The translations under genes and the position numbers were made by a program. A stretch of 64,000 nucleotides of DNA from the human T2T-CHM13v2.0 reference genome, Homo sapiens. The notes beneath the pieces were generated by a model that was not told where the DNA came from, made no database searches, and saw only the letters and a list, made by a program, of their open reading frames with translations. The stretch is from assembly GCF_009914755.1 (NCBI RefSeq), contig NC_060940.1; one strand, given 5' to 3'. Of the stretch, positions 1 to 15,565 are shown piece by piece. Position 1 is the first letter of the stretch. The number at the start of each line of letters is the position of its first letter.

Positions 1-407
1 GCAGGAGCAATGTGGCCCCGAGGGGCACGGGCTCCATTGGTCCAGGAGAACCCATTCTTCTCCCACCCTCGAGACCACCCAGCAAAGCCCCAAGGACACA
101 CGGCTCCCCTAAGGAAGGGTGGCCACAGGCGGGAGTGACCCAGAAACGTTACAAAACCAAATGCCAGAACCCACCCAATGTTTAGAAAGCCTGGGGATGT
201 GCCACGTCCCCCAGGGATCCAGCACGCACCCAAAGAGACACTGTCCCGGCGAGGAGCCTGGAGCCTGGGAAATACAAGGCATCAGACTGGTCCCAAGACT
301 CTCCCCAGCGCTGGGGACAACTGTCTGCTTATCTTAGTCCCCTGCGCCCTTTTCAATCCAACCCTGGGTCCTGGGCACCTCATAGTTCCAAACCCCTGCT
401 ATGCACA

Positions 408-469
408 TCCCGGCTGTGATGCCTGGGACAGGTCCTGTCCTGGCTGTGATGCCTGGGACAGGTCGTGTC
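408..469. repeat. 30-bp tandem duplication (GGCTGTGATGCCTGGGACAGGTC core) in PKD1P intron 1
   Basis: Two near-identical adjacent units. Confidence 0.9.
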
Positions 470-1305
470 ACCTCTCCAAACCTGTTTCCTCATCTGTGAA
501 ATGCAAATCTCCACGGTCCCTATGCCTCGGATGGTCAGAGTCAGGATTCCGCATGACGACCCCCAACAGGAGCCTGGCACAGACCTGGCTCTGGGCAGCG
601 TCTCCATAAAGGCCACCTGTTGTTTTTATCTCCCGAAAGCGAACATGACAAGGCTTTAACCCCCCACGGCAATCCGCCCTCACCCCTGTTCTCAGGATAG
701 CCTTGGAACCCAATAGCAGAGCGCCTGAGGCCCTTCATGACCCCAGCCCACCCGCGAGCCCACCTCCCACCCTGCCCCTACCCCTCACACCTCCCGTGGC
801 CAGCCTCCAGCCTCACGGTCTTTGCTCACACCGTTCACCCCCCTTCTTCTGGACCCACCTCATCGCCCCTTCCTAAGCATCAGCCCAATTCTTGCACATC
901 CATCAAATCCTTGTCCAGACACCTCCTGGAACTCTTCCCTGCAGCCCCCTACAGCCATCCCCATCTCTCCGGGTACCCCGCAGCCCCAGGCCGAATCCCA
1001 ATTCCTCTCCAATTAGCGACTGTTTGTCCTCCCAGCTGAGCGCGGCCTCCGCGCCCCGCCCCCGCTGGCGTCCGCAGAGCCCCCGGGTGGGACGTCTGTC
1101 TCCAGACCCGGGGTTTTTCGGCTCCCCGGGGCCGTGCCAACCGCGGCTCCAGGCGTTCCTTATTTAGCAGGGCCGCTGTGCCGCGCCGGAGCCTCGCCCT
1201 GGGAGCGTCCTGGCCCGCGTCCTGCTTCCCGTCCCGGGCCAGGGAACGCGCCCACGCCCGCCCGTCCCGCGGCCTCTCCCGGGTGCCGCTGGGCCCGCTA
1301 CTCAC

Positions 1306-1527
1306 AGCGCTGTGGCGTCCGCGGGGATGCGCAGCGCGGGACCGAGCGTCCGCAGCCCGCGGCCCGCGGCCCGAGCAGTTGACGCGGCAGGCGGCGCCGG
1401 GCGCTAGGCCGCAGAGGCAGGGGGGCTCGCAAGGCCCGCAGCCGCGCCCGGGGCCCCCCGCCAGCGCCCCGAGCCACAGGCCCAGGCCCAGGGCCAGCGC
1501 CAGGCGGGCGGGCGCGGCGGGCGGCAT
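1306..1527 (-). pseudogene. PKD1P exon 1 coding remnant with 7-bp frameshifting duplication (1356-1369) and CGPAPG>CGLAPG change
   Basis: Reads TCGGGCCGCGGGCCGCGGGCTGCGG where PKD1 has TCGGGCCGCGGGCTGCGG; ORF track diverges from PKD1 after NCSGRG. Confidence 0.9.
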
Positions 1528-1529
1528 CG

Positions 1530-1547
1530 TTAGGGCAGCGCGCGCAT
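1530..1547 (-). promoter_or_regulatory. uORF MRALP* in PKD1-type 5'UTR
   Basis: ATG CGC GCG CTG CCC TAA ending 2 nt before the main ATG. Confidence 0.8.
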
Positions 1548-1590
1548 GGCCCCGCCGTCCCCAGGCCCGCCCGCGCGCGGAGGCCGCGGC

Positions 1591-1614
1591 TCAGGCGGGG
1601 CCGGCGGACGGCAT
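1591..1614 (-). promoter_or_regulatory. uORF MPSAGPA* in PKD1-type 5'UTR
   Basis: ATG CCG TCC GCC GGC CCC GCC TGA. Confidence 0.8.
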
Positions 1615-1899
1615 GGCGGGCGCGGGGCTGGATGGGGCTGCGGCCGCGACCTGCTGCTGAGCGACGCCCGCTCGGGGCTCGGGGCCAGGCCGCTCCGGGA
1701 GCTCGGCCGCCCGCTCGGACGTTGGCGCTGCAGTGCGGGCCCCGCCGCGGCTCCTCCTCCTCCTCCCCGCGCGGCGCAGGGCGGACGGGGCGAGGGGGGG
1801 CGGGGCGGGTGCAGGCTCCGCCCCCTTCGCCACAGCGCGACCGGGCCAGCGATGAGGGACTGGCATCCGGAGGCTTCACCCTCCGCTCCACAGGGTCGG

Positions 1900-1993
1900 C
1901 AGCAGGGCGGGGCCTCCGGAAGCTCCGCCCCACGCTTTCCCGGGGCGCATGCGACGTGGGGCGGAGCGTCTGGAAGCTCCGCCCGTCGCACTG
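1900..1993 (-). ncRNA. MIR3180: miR-3180 precursor hairpin (3p arm 1911-1932, 5p arm 1952-1976)
   Basis: Minus strand contains UGGGGCGGAGCUUCCGGAGGCC and CUUCCAGACGCUCCGCCCCACGUCG in a 94-nt hairpin; paralog number not determinable. Confidence 0.88.
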
Positions 1994-2159
1994 TAGAGTC
2001 GGCCGAGGCGCACGAGGTATTTTTCACGCTCCGCCCCTCTGCAGGCTAAAGTGCGTGGGCGGGAAGCGGTGGGCAGGGTGCCATCTGGCTCCGCCCTTCT
2101 CCTGTGGTGTGGGCCAGGCGGCGGCTTCCTCCTCCTGCAGCAGCCACAGGCTCCACTCT

Positions 2160-2213
2160 GATCCTTCTCCCGCGGCATGGATCCTTCTCCCGCGGCGTGG
2201 ATCCTTCTCCCGC
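2160..2213. repeat. 20-bp tandem repeat GATCCTTCTCCCGCGGCRTG x~2.7
   Basis: Seen directly. Confidence 0.9.
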
Positions 2214-2450
2214 AATCTCCGTGCGCGTCCCCAGTCAGTACCCGCAGCCTCCCGACGCACCCGCTGGCTCCAAGCCTCCCTACCCCAGGTTTCCTGGCTA
2301 AGAGAGAGACAGAGGGAGAGAGGGGGAAGAGAGAGAACAGGCAATGGGAGGTTGATGGTGAGAGCTTATTGAAAGACAAGAGGGAGGAAACCCACATCCT
2401 TCATTCCCCATCCATTCATTTATTGCCTTATTTATTCCATTGAATCTTCA

Positions 2451-3241
<791 letters not shown>

Positions 3242-3678
3242 TTATGAAAAATGCAGACCTACCCATCCTTATTCACCTGGGACCACCGTGAACTATATCA
3301 TAAGAAATAAACCCCTATTGTACATACATGCACCATTCGAGTTGGGTCTATTTGTTACAGCAGTTTAGCCAACCCTAATCCACATATACAGTGTCAACAG
3401 TGGCTGAGATGACATGTTGCACAGACATGAGAGTCAGAAAGACCTGAGTTCAAGTCCCAGTGATGACATTTACTATCTGTGTGACCTTGAAAAGCTGCCT
3501 AACTACTCTCAGACCGTTTCCTCATCAGTTTGTTTTGAGAGTCAAATGAGAAAATTACTAAAAAGCCCTTAGCACTGCATCTAAGATGGGGAAGAGACAG
3601 TCAATGAATTCAAGTTTCCTGAAGCCCAGTTGCATCCCTGCCCTGCCCTGGGCTCTGAGAGACAGTTGCCGAAGCTAG

Positions 3679-4107
3679 TGTTAAAGTGAACTAAATATGG
3701 CCTGAGTGGGACTTCGTACTTCTATAGTTGAGTCCTTGTGGACAAATTGCAACCTAGCTTAATAGGTAGACAAGATTGAAAACCTAACTTAGGAGTATGC
3801 GCCTGTAACAATAGCTGAGTCTTGGCCAATCCCAGAGGCCGTAGTTCAACCGCTCATACGCTGCTGAGTGTTCAAACTGTACTCAAATAAGGCAAACGCC
3901 AACTTGTAACAATCCAGCCATTCTGTACTTCACTTCTGATTTCTGTACATCATTTCCCTTCTTTTGTCCATAAATCTTCTTCCACCACGTGGCTGCGCTG
4001 GAGTCTCTATGAATCTGCTGTGATTCTGGGGTCTGCCCAATTCGCGAATCATTCATTGCTCAATTAAACTACTTTAAATTTAATTCAGCTGAGATTTTCT
4101 TTTATCA
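3679..4107 (+). mobile_element. Solo ERV1 LTR, MER57A-like
   Basis: TG...CA termini, starts TGTTAAAGTGAACTAAATATGGCCTGAG, ATTAAA signal, near-TSD CTAG/CTAA. Subfamily from recall. Confidence 0.75.
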
Positions 4108-4699
4108 CTAATTTGAGCTGGTTTTCTAATGTTTGCAAATGGGAGGGCTGACTAATATAACACTGCTCCAAATATTAACGTCTTTCTCCCAACCCATCAC
4201 CCAGGCAGAAGTGGTCCAGCCTGGGCAACCCTAGGAGGAGGCTAGCTCTCCTCTAGGAAGGCTTAGGATGCAGCCAGTGGGCAGTAACTGGCTCACTGTC
4301 CCCTGCAACTGAAATCAGAACTGGTTCCAGAAACCAAGTTGACCCCCAACCAGTCTTTCCCAAAATATGGCTCTATGCCCATCTCTGGTCAGGCTGGGCT
4401 GTTTTCCTGGACAGAGAAGTCTCAGACAAGCAGGCAGTGGTTAGTGGGCTGTGCCCAGGCTGAGAACATTTCCCAGAGAAGATGGCATCTCTGGCAGTCC
4501 CTTAAAGCCAGCAGAGGCCAAGTCATGTCCAAGAGGCCAAAAGGCCCAATATGGTGGAGACAGTATACAGTCCCCATGAATAAGGGATGCTGATGCCTTC
4601 CCTATGTACCAGGTAGTCACTGCCTGAGGGGCCCAGAGCAGCAGGAGGGCAGAGCCAGCCTGGGCAGGGGCACTGGGCCGGAAGTGGGGCTCACATCCT

Positions 4700-4701
<2 letters not shown>

Positions 4702-4739
<38 letters not shown>

Positions 4740-4778
4740 GCGAATGCACACACACACACACAAATGCACGCACACACA
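4702..4778. repeat. (CA)n microsatellite, interrupted
   Basis: Seen directly. Confidence 0.95.
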
Positions 4779-5421
4779 GATAGGTGCATTCAAACATCAC
4801 ATACACGTGTACATTCCTTGCAAAATCAACTTCTGCTGATAGCACAACAAACAATGGGGCCACAGTGTGGCATGGAGGAAACCCTGGAGTCTGATCTCAT
4901 TTTTTTTTTTTTGCATCTGTCAGGGGATAAAGATATTTGATAAAAATCCTTGAGTCACATCCCCACCAGGTCCCTGCCTACCTGTAGACCCCATCAAGCC
5001 AGCTCCATGGCCCTTCAGATACCGCCTCACTGGGTCCCCAGGGATTGACCTCAGTCCTGGAAATGCAGAAATATCTGTATCTGTCACAGCTGAGACTGGC
5101 GGCCTTCCGCCGGCTTTCCTGGAGGCAGAGCTGGAGACAGGGACTTGGGTGGATGTGGTTTTTGTTTTTGTTTTGAAAGGGGCTTTCAGGAGAAGGGAGG
5201 TGAGGACTACAGGATGCAGAAGGGGACAGAGCAGAGTGAGAATGTGGTCCCTTAAAGTCCCGCCTTGACCTATCCCACGAGCAGCAGAGAGCACGCCACA
5301 GGATCGTCCCCACCGTGGGGCAGGGACCAGCCATTCACGTTGCTGTATCAGTTAGTCACTGGGCCATTACTGGGCATGGCATCCCATCCCAGGCAATGTG
5401 GCTCCCATCTGAGGGTGATTC

Positions 5422-5486
5422 TCTAGAGAAGGACAGCTGTGAGCTCTCAGCAGGTGAGGCTCCAAAAGCAGCTATACCAGTCTAGA
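5422..5486 (-). ncRNA. MIR3670: miR-3670 precursor hairpin (mature 5424-5447)
   Basis: Minus strand AGAGCUCACAGCUGUCCUUCUCUA in a 65-nt hairpin bounded by TCTAGA...TCTAGA. Confidence 0.85.
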
Positions 5487-6170
5487 CCTCAGGGGAAGGG
5501 GGAATTCATCTCTAGGCAGGGATGATTTTCATAACATTGAACTCTTGACATGCAGGAGCACCGACCAATCAGAACAGACACGGTGACCAAACAGGCACAG
5601 CCACACCAGTGGATACCAGCGGAATGTCCACGCTGCCTCTGCGAAGGGACAGTCCCATGAGCCAAGCCCTAGACCAGCTGTTCTGGGAGCACTGCATCAT
5701 TGCACTGAATTCTCACAACCGCCCCATAATGCTGGGACCATCCCCATTTTCTTGCCCAACAGCCTCCGTCTCATAGACACTAGGCGGCTCTCCCAGGGTC
5801 ACACGGTCCAGTCAATAACGGGCAGAACTCGCACTCCGATCTGTCTGGCTCCAAAGCTGCTAAAAATTTTCTACTTGGCCTCACTGGCTTGACAAAGATA
5901 AAAAAGAAGGCAAGTCCTTCTTTCCAAGAGATGCTGAGGTCCCTCGGTGACACTAGGTCATGATTTTATCATGTTCAGAGGGCAATGAAAGGGACAGAAA
6001 ACAAGCGATGTGTGATCTCCTGTCATGTCAAGAGACGCTGTTTTCAAAGAAACGTACGTTTCGCAGAATCAATACGCTGTGGGGCCTCAGAAAGCAGAGG
6101 CAGACACACGGCCCCAACCCGTGCACGTGGGAGCCCTGTTACAAGAGACGGCAGAAATTAAACTGAATCA

Positions 6171-6601
<431 letters not shown>

Positions 6602-6676
6602 ATTTGTGCCTTAATGGGCATTCCTTTCCCTTCTTGCTAAGGGATGAGATGATGGCAGAACTTGTGGCCACTGTCC

Positions 6677-6888
6677 TGGAGGTTGACAAGCTTTTTCTGT
6701 AAAGTGCTAGATAATAAATATTTTGTGGGCCACACGATCTCTGGTGCAACTACTCAACACTGCCATTGTCATGCAAATGTAGCCATAGATGATAATAAAT
6801 GAATGGGTGTGACTGTGTTCCAATAAAACTTTATTTATAAAACAGACAGCTGGCCAGAGTTGGGCAATGGGCAGTAGTTTGCCCCCCA
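6677..6888. mobile_element. MER58A-like hAT-Charlie DNA transposon
   Basis: TTTTTCTGTAAAG...GTTCCAATAAAACTTTATTTATAAAA...GTAGTTTGCC motifs. Confidence 0.75.
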
Positions 6889-7149
6889 CTCCCCGCCCAT
6901 CCGTCCTATTCCTTGGCTTTTTTGGGTACATCAAGGAGTGCAGTCTGGATGCTGGGCTATTTTATGGCCACTGGGCATAACCTTAACCTGGGCCTTTTGT
7001 CTGTTAACCTGGGTCAGTGGCTACGGTGAAGGTCGGGCAACCAAGGTTTAGATGGCTCAGTACACATTCACGCCCACAAACCAAACCAGGAAAAAGATGT
7101 GCTAAGTTGAGCATATGACACTGTTGGTACTCAAATGGTTTGTTTTTTT

Positions 7150-9150
<2,001 letters not shown>

Positions 9151-9311
9151 CATGTGAGGTGGGTGGTTATGGAAACCATTTTTGACCTATATATAAGATG
9201 GCAGTTTCGTCTGATTTCTCCTAAATAGAAGACGAGTGTGAAATGGTAACATGGTGTCCGTAGGAGTCATATGGATGGACCATGGCCAACCATATTATTA
9301 AGGAATATTCA

Positions 9312-9358
9312 TGCATTCATCCATCCATCCATCCATCCATCCATCCATCCATTCATTC
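9312..9358. repeat. (CATC)n microsatellite
   Basis: Seen directly. Confidence 0.95.
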
Positions 9359-9369
9359 ACCAGTGAATG

Positions 9370-10527
9370 AGTAAAGCATTAGGTATTCACCACACTGTCC
9401 TCTCCTGGACTTCCCCCTACCTCACGGGCCACTTCCTCTCTGTCTCTTGGGCAGGGCCCTCCTCGCCCATCCTCTGAAGGTTGCACTGTCCCAGGGCTTG
9501 GCCCCCAGCCCTCTCCTTTTCTCAGTCTTCATAAGGATACCTATTATTCAATCCCGTGGCCTCATCTGTCATCCAAAAACACTCCCAGCTCACCACGTCT
9601 CATCTCCAGCCGTGATTTCTCACCCAGGCTGCAGACTCGGGTGTCTGATAAGCATCTCAAACTCACGATGGCCAAAACAGAAGTCTCAATTTACCTACAC
9701 ATTTCAGTGGTTCAGCTAGAAACAAACGATTCACTTATCGTTGATTCCTCCCTTCCCTCACCTCCTGTATTAAATACATCAGCAAGACCTTTCTGCTCTA
9801 TCTCTGAAGCATAGCCCCAAGCTCACCACTTCCTGCCACTGTTACTTCCATCACCCCAATCCAAGCCATTGCTGTCTTTTGCCTAAACCAACACAACGTC
9901 CTCTTTGCTTCTCTCCCTAAATTCATTCTTGCTTCCCAATAATCCAATCTCCTCAAAATTTAAAGAAGCAATTGTTTAAAAACATACATCAGATCACTCC
10001 CCTTTCCCTACTTAAACCCTCCAATGCCTTCTGTTGCCATTAGAATAAAATCTAAACTCCTTTCCAGGGCACCCACATGACCCGGTCCCTGCCATCGTTC
10101 TCATCTCTTCCTCTCAATCACTTGACTCTGGCCACCCTGGCCTCTTTGCTATTCCTGAAACTCAGGGAGCTCATTTCCTCCTGGGGGCCTTTGCAATTAT
10201 GGTCCCCTCTGCCTGGGCAGCTCTTCCCCCAGATCTTTGCATAACTGGCCCTTCCCCTCCTCAGGTCTCAGCTCAGATGCTGCCTCCTCAGAGAGACCTT
10301 CCATGATACCAATCATCCTCTGTCACATTGCCTTGTTCTGCTTCTTTTCTTCGTAACGCCTGGCATTATCCAACAACTTCTAATGTGTGTGTTTACCTTT
10401 CGTCCTCCATCAGCACTGTGCTCCTAAGAGCTGAGGCTCGGTCTCTCTCACACCACTAAACCCCCAGTATGCCAAGCAGCACCCAGCACAGGGGAGATGC
10501 TCAGTTAATACTTGTTGAATGAATTAA
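9370..10527 (+). mobile_element. L2 3' fragment
   Basis: Pyrimidine-rich L2-like motifs ending TACTTGTTGAATGAAT. Confidence 0.7.
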
Positions 10528-10569
10528 TGATGCTCCCCCTAAAACTAAACTTTACAAAGCACCCACTAG

Positions 10570-11090
10570 ACAACAGGTTAGAAAACATTTTCTAGGCCAG
10601 GCGCAGTGGCTCACACCTGTAATCCCAGCACTTTGGGAGGCTGAGGCAGGCAGATCATCTGAGGTCGGGGTTTGAGACCAGCCTGGCCAACATGGTAAAG
10701 CCCTGTTTCTACTAAAAATGCAAAAATTAGCCAGGCTTGGTGGCAGGCGCCTATAATCCCAGCTACTAGGGAGGCTGAGGCACGATAATCATTTGAACCC
10801 AAGAGGCGGAGGTTGCAGTGAGCTGAGATCACACCACTGCACTCCAGCCTGGGTGACAGAGAAAGACCCCATCTCAAAAACAACAACAACAACAACAAAA
10901 TGTCTTCTGTAAAGACCCAGATAGCAAGTATTTTAGGCTTTTTAGGCTACCTGGTCTTTGCCACAACTACTTACATCTGGCACTGTCAGGCAAAAGCAGC
11001 CATAATCTGCAAATGAATGGGCATGGCTGTGTGCTCATAACACTTTATTTATAAAACAAGAACAGTGGGCCATAGTTTGCTAACCCCTGC
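10570..11090. mobile_element. MER58A-like element interrupted by AluS (10595-10900, +)
   Basis: MER58 motifs resume after the Alu tail; degenerate TSD AAAACATTTTCT/AAAATGTCTTCT. Confidence 0.75.
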
Positions 11091-11613
11091 ACTAGCCCAG
11101 TCTAAGTCTTGAATATCATCTGTGTAATTAATTCACAGTGAGGAGTTCTCCACTGTAATAATTACTCATTCCATGAATGCATGCCACTCAGGTGAGGCGT
11201 TCTTGAAACTCTGAGAGGCAAGAAGCAAAATGTTCTTTCTCCATACCCAGGCACACTCCAGTCTGTGAAAAGGAAGCAAGAGAGGCAGGCTGCAAGTTTG
11301 ATCACTGGGTGGCTGCTAGCCACCTCTCCCCCTCAGCTCCAAGAGCAGAAACAGGATGAAAACGCAGCAGCTGCCGGCTTCTGTCCTCTTGCCAGCTGCC
11401 TCTCTTGCAAGACTAGACAGGGAGGGGCAGCCGCCAGTCTCCGGAGGCACAGACTGCACAGAATTGAGGATCACTTGTTCCAATGCATTCATCTTATCTT
11501 ACAAAATCTTCAAATTCCAAAAAGCACACGTAAGAAGGGCTGCTGTTTCATTCACACAGTGAAATATTGTGCATCTGAAAGAATATGTAGATGGGTGGCA
11601 TCTTCAACAACCC

Positions 11614-12005
<392 letters not shown>

Positions 12006-12265
12006 GTTCATATTCCAACCAAGATCTCACCATTGCATCATCAAGCATAAACACCTGCCCCCACTGAAAAAGTACAGAGGAAGGCAGTCATATAATATCT
12101 TCCCTCCTGACCTCACCAAGTTCCAGGGCAGGAAGAGTCTCGCCACCCCAGCACACAGTAGGCCCACTGGAAAATGAGTGCTCCCTTCTCTAGGCATTTC
12201 ATTGTCATGGTCATAAAGTCAGGTTCATTTTTCTAATGAAAGAGAAAGCCAAAAATGGAGGCTGA

Positions 12266-12566
<301 letters not shown>

Positions 12567-13312
12567 GGAGGGTGATTTTGACCAGGCCTTCTCAAGTTTT
12601 GGAAGGAAGTGGAGCTGACTTCTCTTCTGTTGCTTTTGCCCACCCAGGATCACTTATTCCTCTGGGTAATACAGCACCCCAGGCACAGGGGCCGCCTGTC
12701 ACATGAGCGTGGGCATGGCTCATGTGCGGCCAGGCCCCAGTGATTCTGCAAAGGTTGCCCATAAGTCCTTCCCCCGCCCCAGGACTGGCATATTGATGTG
12801 GTGGGATGGAAGCTGTCCTTCTGCTGGGTCTGCAGATGGGGGCAATGTAAAGCCTGACATTGCCGGATGATGTCAGAAGCGGAACCCATAGGCAAAAGCC
12901 AGCTTTCCAGCACTCCACTCTCAGTTTCCTGCCATCTCCACTTCTGTGGATGTGTGCCCGGCATCTGCCTCTGCCCCTGCCTCTGAGAGCAGTGACTGAG
13001 CAAACAGTCCTGGACCTGGTTGAAAGGATGGGCCTGTCTGTTTCTAGCAGAGTGGTCTTTCAGAAAGCTGATTCCTGAAAGTTGGCATCAAGGGAAGCAG
13101 AGCCAGGAGGTGGAAATTGAGACTGGGTCCCGCTATGCATGAAGCCAGAGACTCTTGGATTTCTCCGTTACTTGACCAGAGGAATGCCCCATTTTGCTCA
13201 AGCTAGTTGGAGTTGGATTTCTGTTACTTGAAACCAAGAGAGCCTTAACTAATACACAACTAGAAATGCATCCATGGTCACTGCCCATTCATGTGACAGA
13301 CATTTATTGAGC

Positions 13313-13980
13313 ACTATTCCAGTTACCTAATGTTGCATGAGTTACCCCAAAACTTAGAGGCTTAATTCAGTCGTATAAGATATTCACAGATCCCGTGGGT
13401 CAAGAATTTGGGAAGACACTGTAGGTTGAACTTTGTTCTCTGCTTTGTCTTTCTTGGAAAGAGAGGACACAGCTTGAAGTCATTACTGATTTGGGACTGT
13501 ATGTAATGCATATCTGTGCTTCATTGTCACTGTGTTTTTAAGTTTTCTAAACTTAAAACAGCTCATTTTCGGGGGACATAAAGAACCTGGGAAGAGCTCA
13601 GCTGGGCAGCACTGACCTGGGGTCTCTTGAGTGGTGGAAGTCAGATGTCATCTGCAGTTGCACTCACCAGAAGGCTTGACCGGGGCGGGGAAATTCGCTT
13701 CCAAGCTGGCTCACTCACGTGGTGGCAAGCTGTACATGCTGGGGGCCAGGGGCCTCACCCCTCCCCACGAGGCTGCCTGAGCACCCTCACGCAAGGCAGT
13801 TGGCTTCCCGAGAGCCAAAGTGCAATGCCTGTTACGACCTAGCCCGAGAAGTCACACATCATCACTCACTTCCACCACTTCCCACTGGTCGCACAGAGCC
13901 AGCCTGATTCAGTGTGGGAGGGGACCACACACAAAGGCAGTGTGCATCCCTGGGGGCCATCCTGAGGCTGGCTGTGTACC
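13313..13980 (-). mobile_element. MLT1-type MaLR LTR, degenerate
   Basis: TTACCCCAAAACTTAGAGGCTTAA, GTGGGTCAAGAATTTGGGAA, CTCACTCACGTGG motifs. Confidence 0.6.
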
Positions 13981-14774
13981 ACAAACACCCGCCACATGCC
14001 AGGGACTGGACACACAGCCTTTGACCCCCACTGAACATCAGCCTAAACAGAAGGCAACCAAGCAAACCTTATCCCCCAAACTCTTTCCAACTCCTCCCTT
14101 AGGACGGCCCCTGCTTTTAAGTAAAGGGAATCGTGCCGAATAATTGTTCCTATTAAGGAACTAGATCTCAGGGTTTGGTCATGCAGCTCTTTGGTTACAG
14201 AAACAACGCTGATGAAATAATCGAAGGTCCTCCACCATTCTCACCCCCAGCCATGACCCCGTCCACTGCACACAGTGCTCCACGTCACTGTGCCTTTCCT
14301 AACTTTACTACAGCTTATACCTGCCTCTCCTGTACAACATCCACGTGACATCCATCTCTAAACCTCTGAGTCATCCCTAGACAAGCTGGCATGTGACTAC
14401 ATCATCTCATTTCATACATCAAGGGCAGGAAAACATGGTGGTTAAGAACTCTTGGACCTGGGTTCAAACCCCTGCTCTGCCACTTGACAGCTGCAAGATT
14501 GTTCAGCCTCAGTTTCTTTCTCTGAAAAATGGGGCTGGAAGCATACCTACTTCATGAACTCATGAAGCATCCACATGCATGCAAGGGCACGGCACAGCGC
14601 CCGGCACACAGTAGCTCAAGAAAGGCTGGTTGTGCCTGCTGGTGTGCTTGATCCAGAGAGGCAATCACTCATTTGCTTTTTCCTTATTTCCTGAATCTTT
14701 GTTTCTCACATTTAGGCCATTAGAGTTAAGCAGAAGGACTGCCTCTTCCTCCAGCCATCTCACCAGTCCTTCCA

Positions 14775-14788
14775 CATACACATGCACA

Positions 14789-14824
<36 letters not shown>

Positions 14825-14826
14825 CG
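14775..14826. repeat. (CA)n-rich microsatellite
   Basis: Seen directly. Confidence 0.9.
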
Positions 14827-14915
14827 TTCTCATGCTACCTTCGGCCCTTCCCATCTCCTGTAACCCCAGAAAAGAAGACCGAGTTGAAGCCGTTGCCTTA
14901 GAATGGCACTGCCCT

Positions 14916-15565
<650 letters not shown>

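Larger units (their letters stand above)
1..1736 (-). pseudogene. PKD1P5: PKD1 pseudogene 5' part: exon 1 (~1306-1736) and start of intron 1 (1-1305, continues beyond window)
   Basis: ATG at 1525-1527 encodes MPPAAPARLALALGLGLWLGALAGGPGRGCGPCEPPCLC, the polycystin-1 N-terminus. PKD1-type 5'UTR starts GCACTGCAGCGCC near 1736; donor GCGCT|GTGAGT at 1306/1305. Coding part is 222 nt versus 215 recalled for PKD1 (frameshift). Copy number P5 is inferred only from adjacency to NOMO2. Confidence 0.9.
1030..2290. promoter_or_regulatory. CpG island / TATA-less promoter of the PKD1 pseudogene
   Basis: Very high GC and CpG density; multiple GGGCGG GC boxes (1779-1810, 1905-1985); ETS-like CCGGAAG; NRF1-like GCGCATGCG near 1945-1953. 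Boundaries approximate. Confidence 0.85.

Noticed and set aside
1-1305. PKD1 exon 2 or functional PKD1 gene
   Set aside because: Only intron 1-like sequence is present; the exon 1 frameshift and NOMO adjacency indicate a pseudogene copy.
1306-1547. Rescue of the PKD1 frame from the uORF2 ATG, which is in frame with exon 1 after the 7-bp insertion
   Set aside because: That frame stops at TAA (1530-1532) and again at a TAG (~1404-1406) created by the Pro>Leu change.
1134-2443. Many long overlapping ORFs (up to 246 aa) on both strands
   Set aside because: Expected stop-codon scarcity in a GC-rich CpG island; low-complexity Ala/Gly/Pro/Arg content with no recognisable protein.
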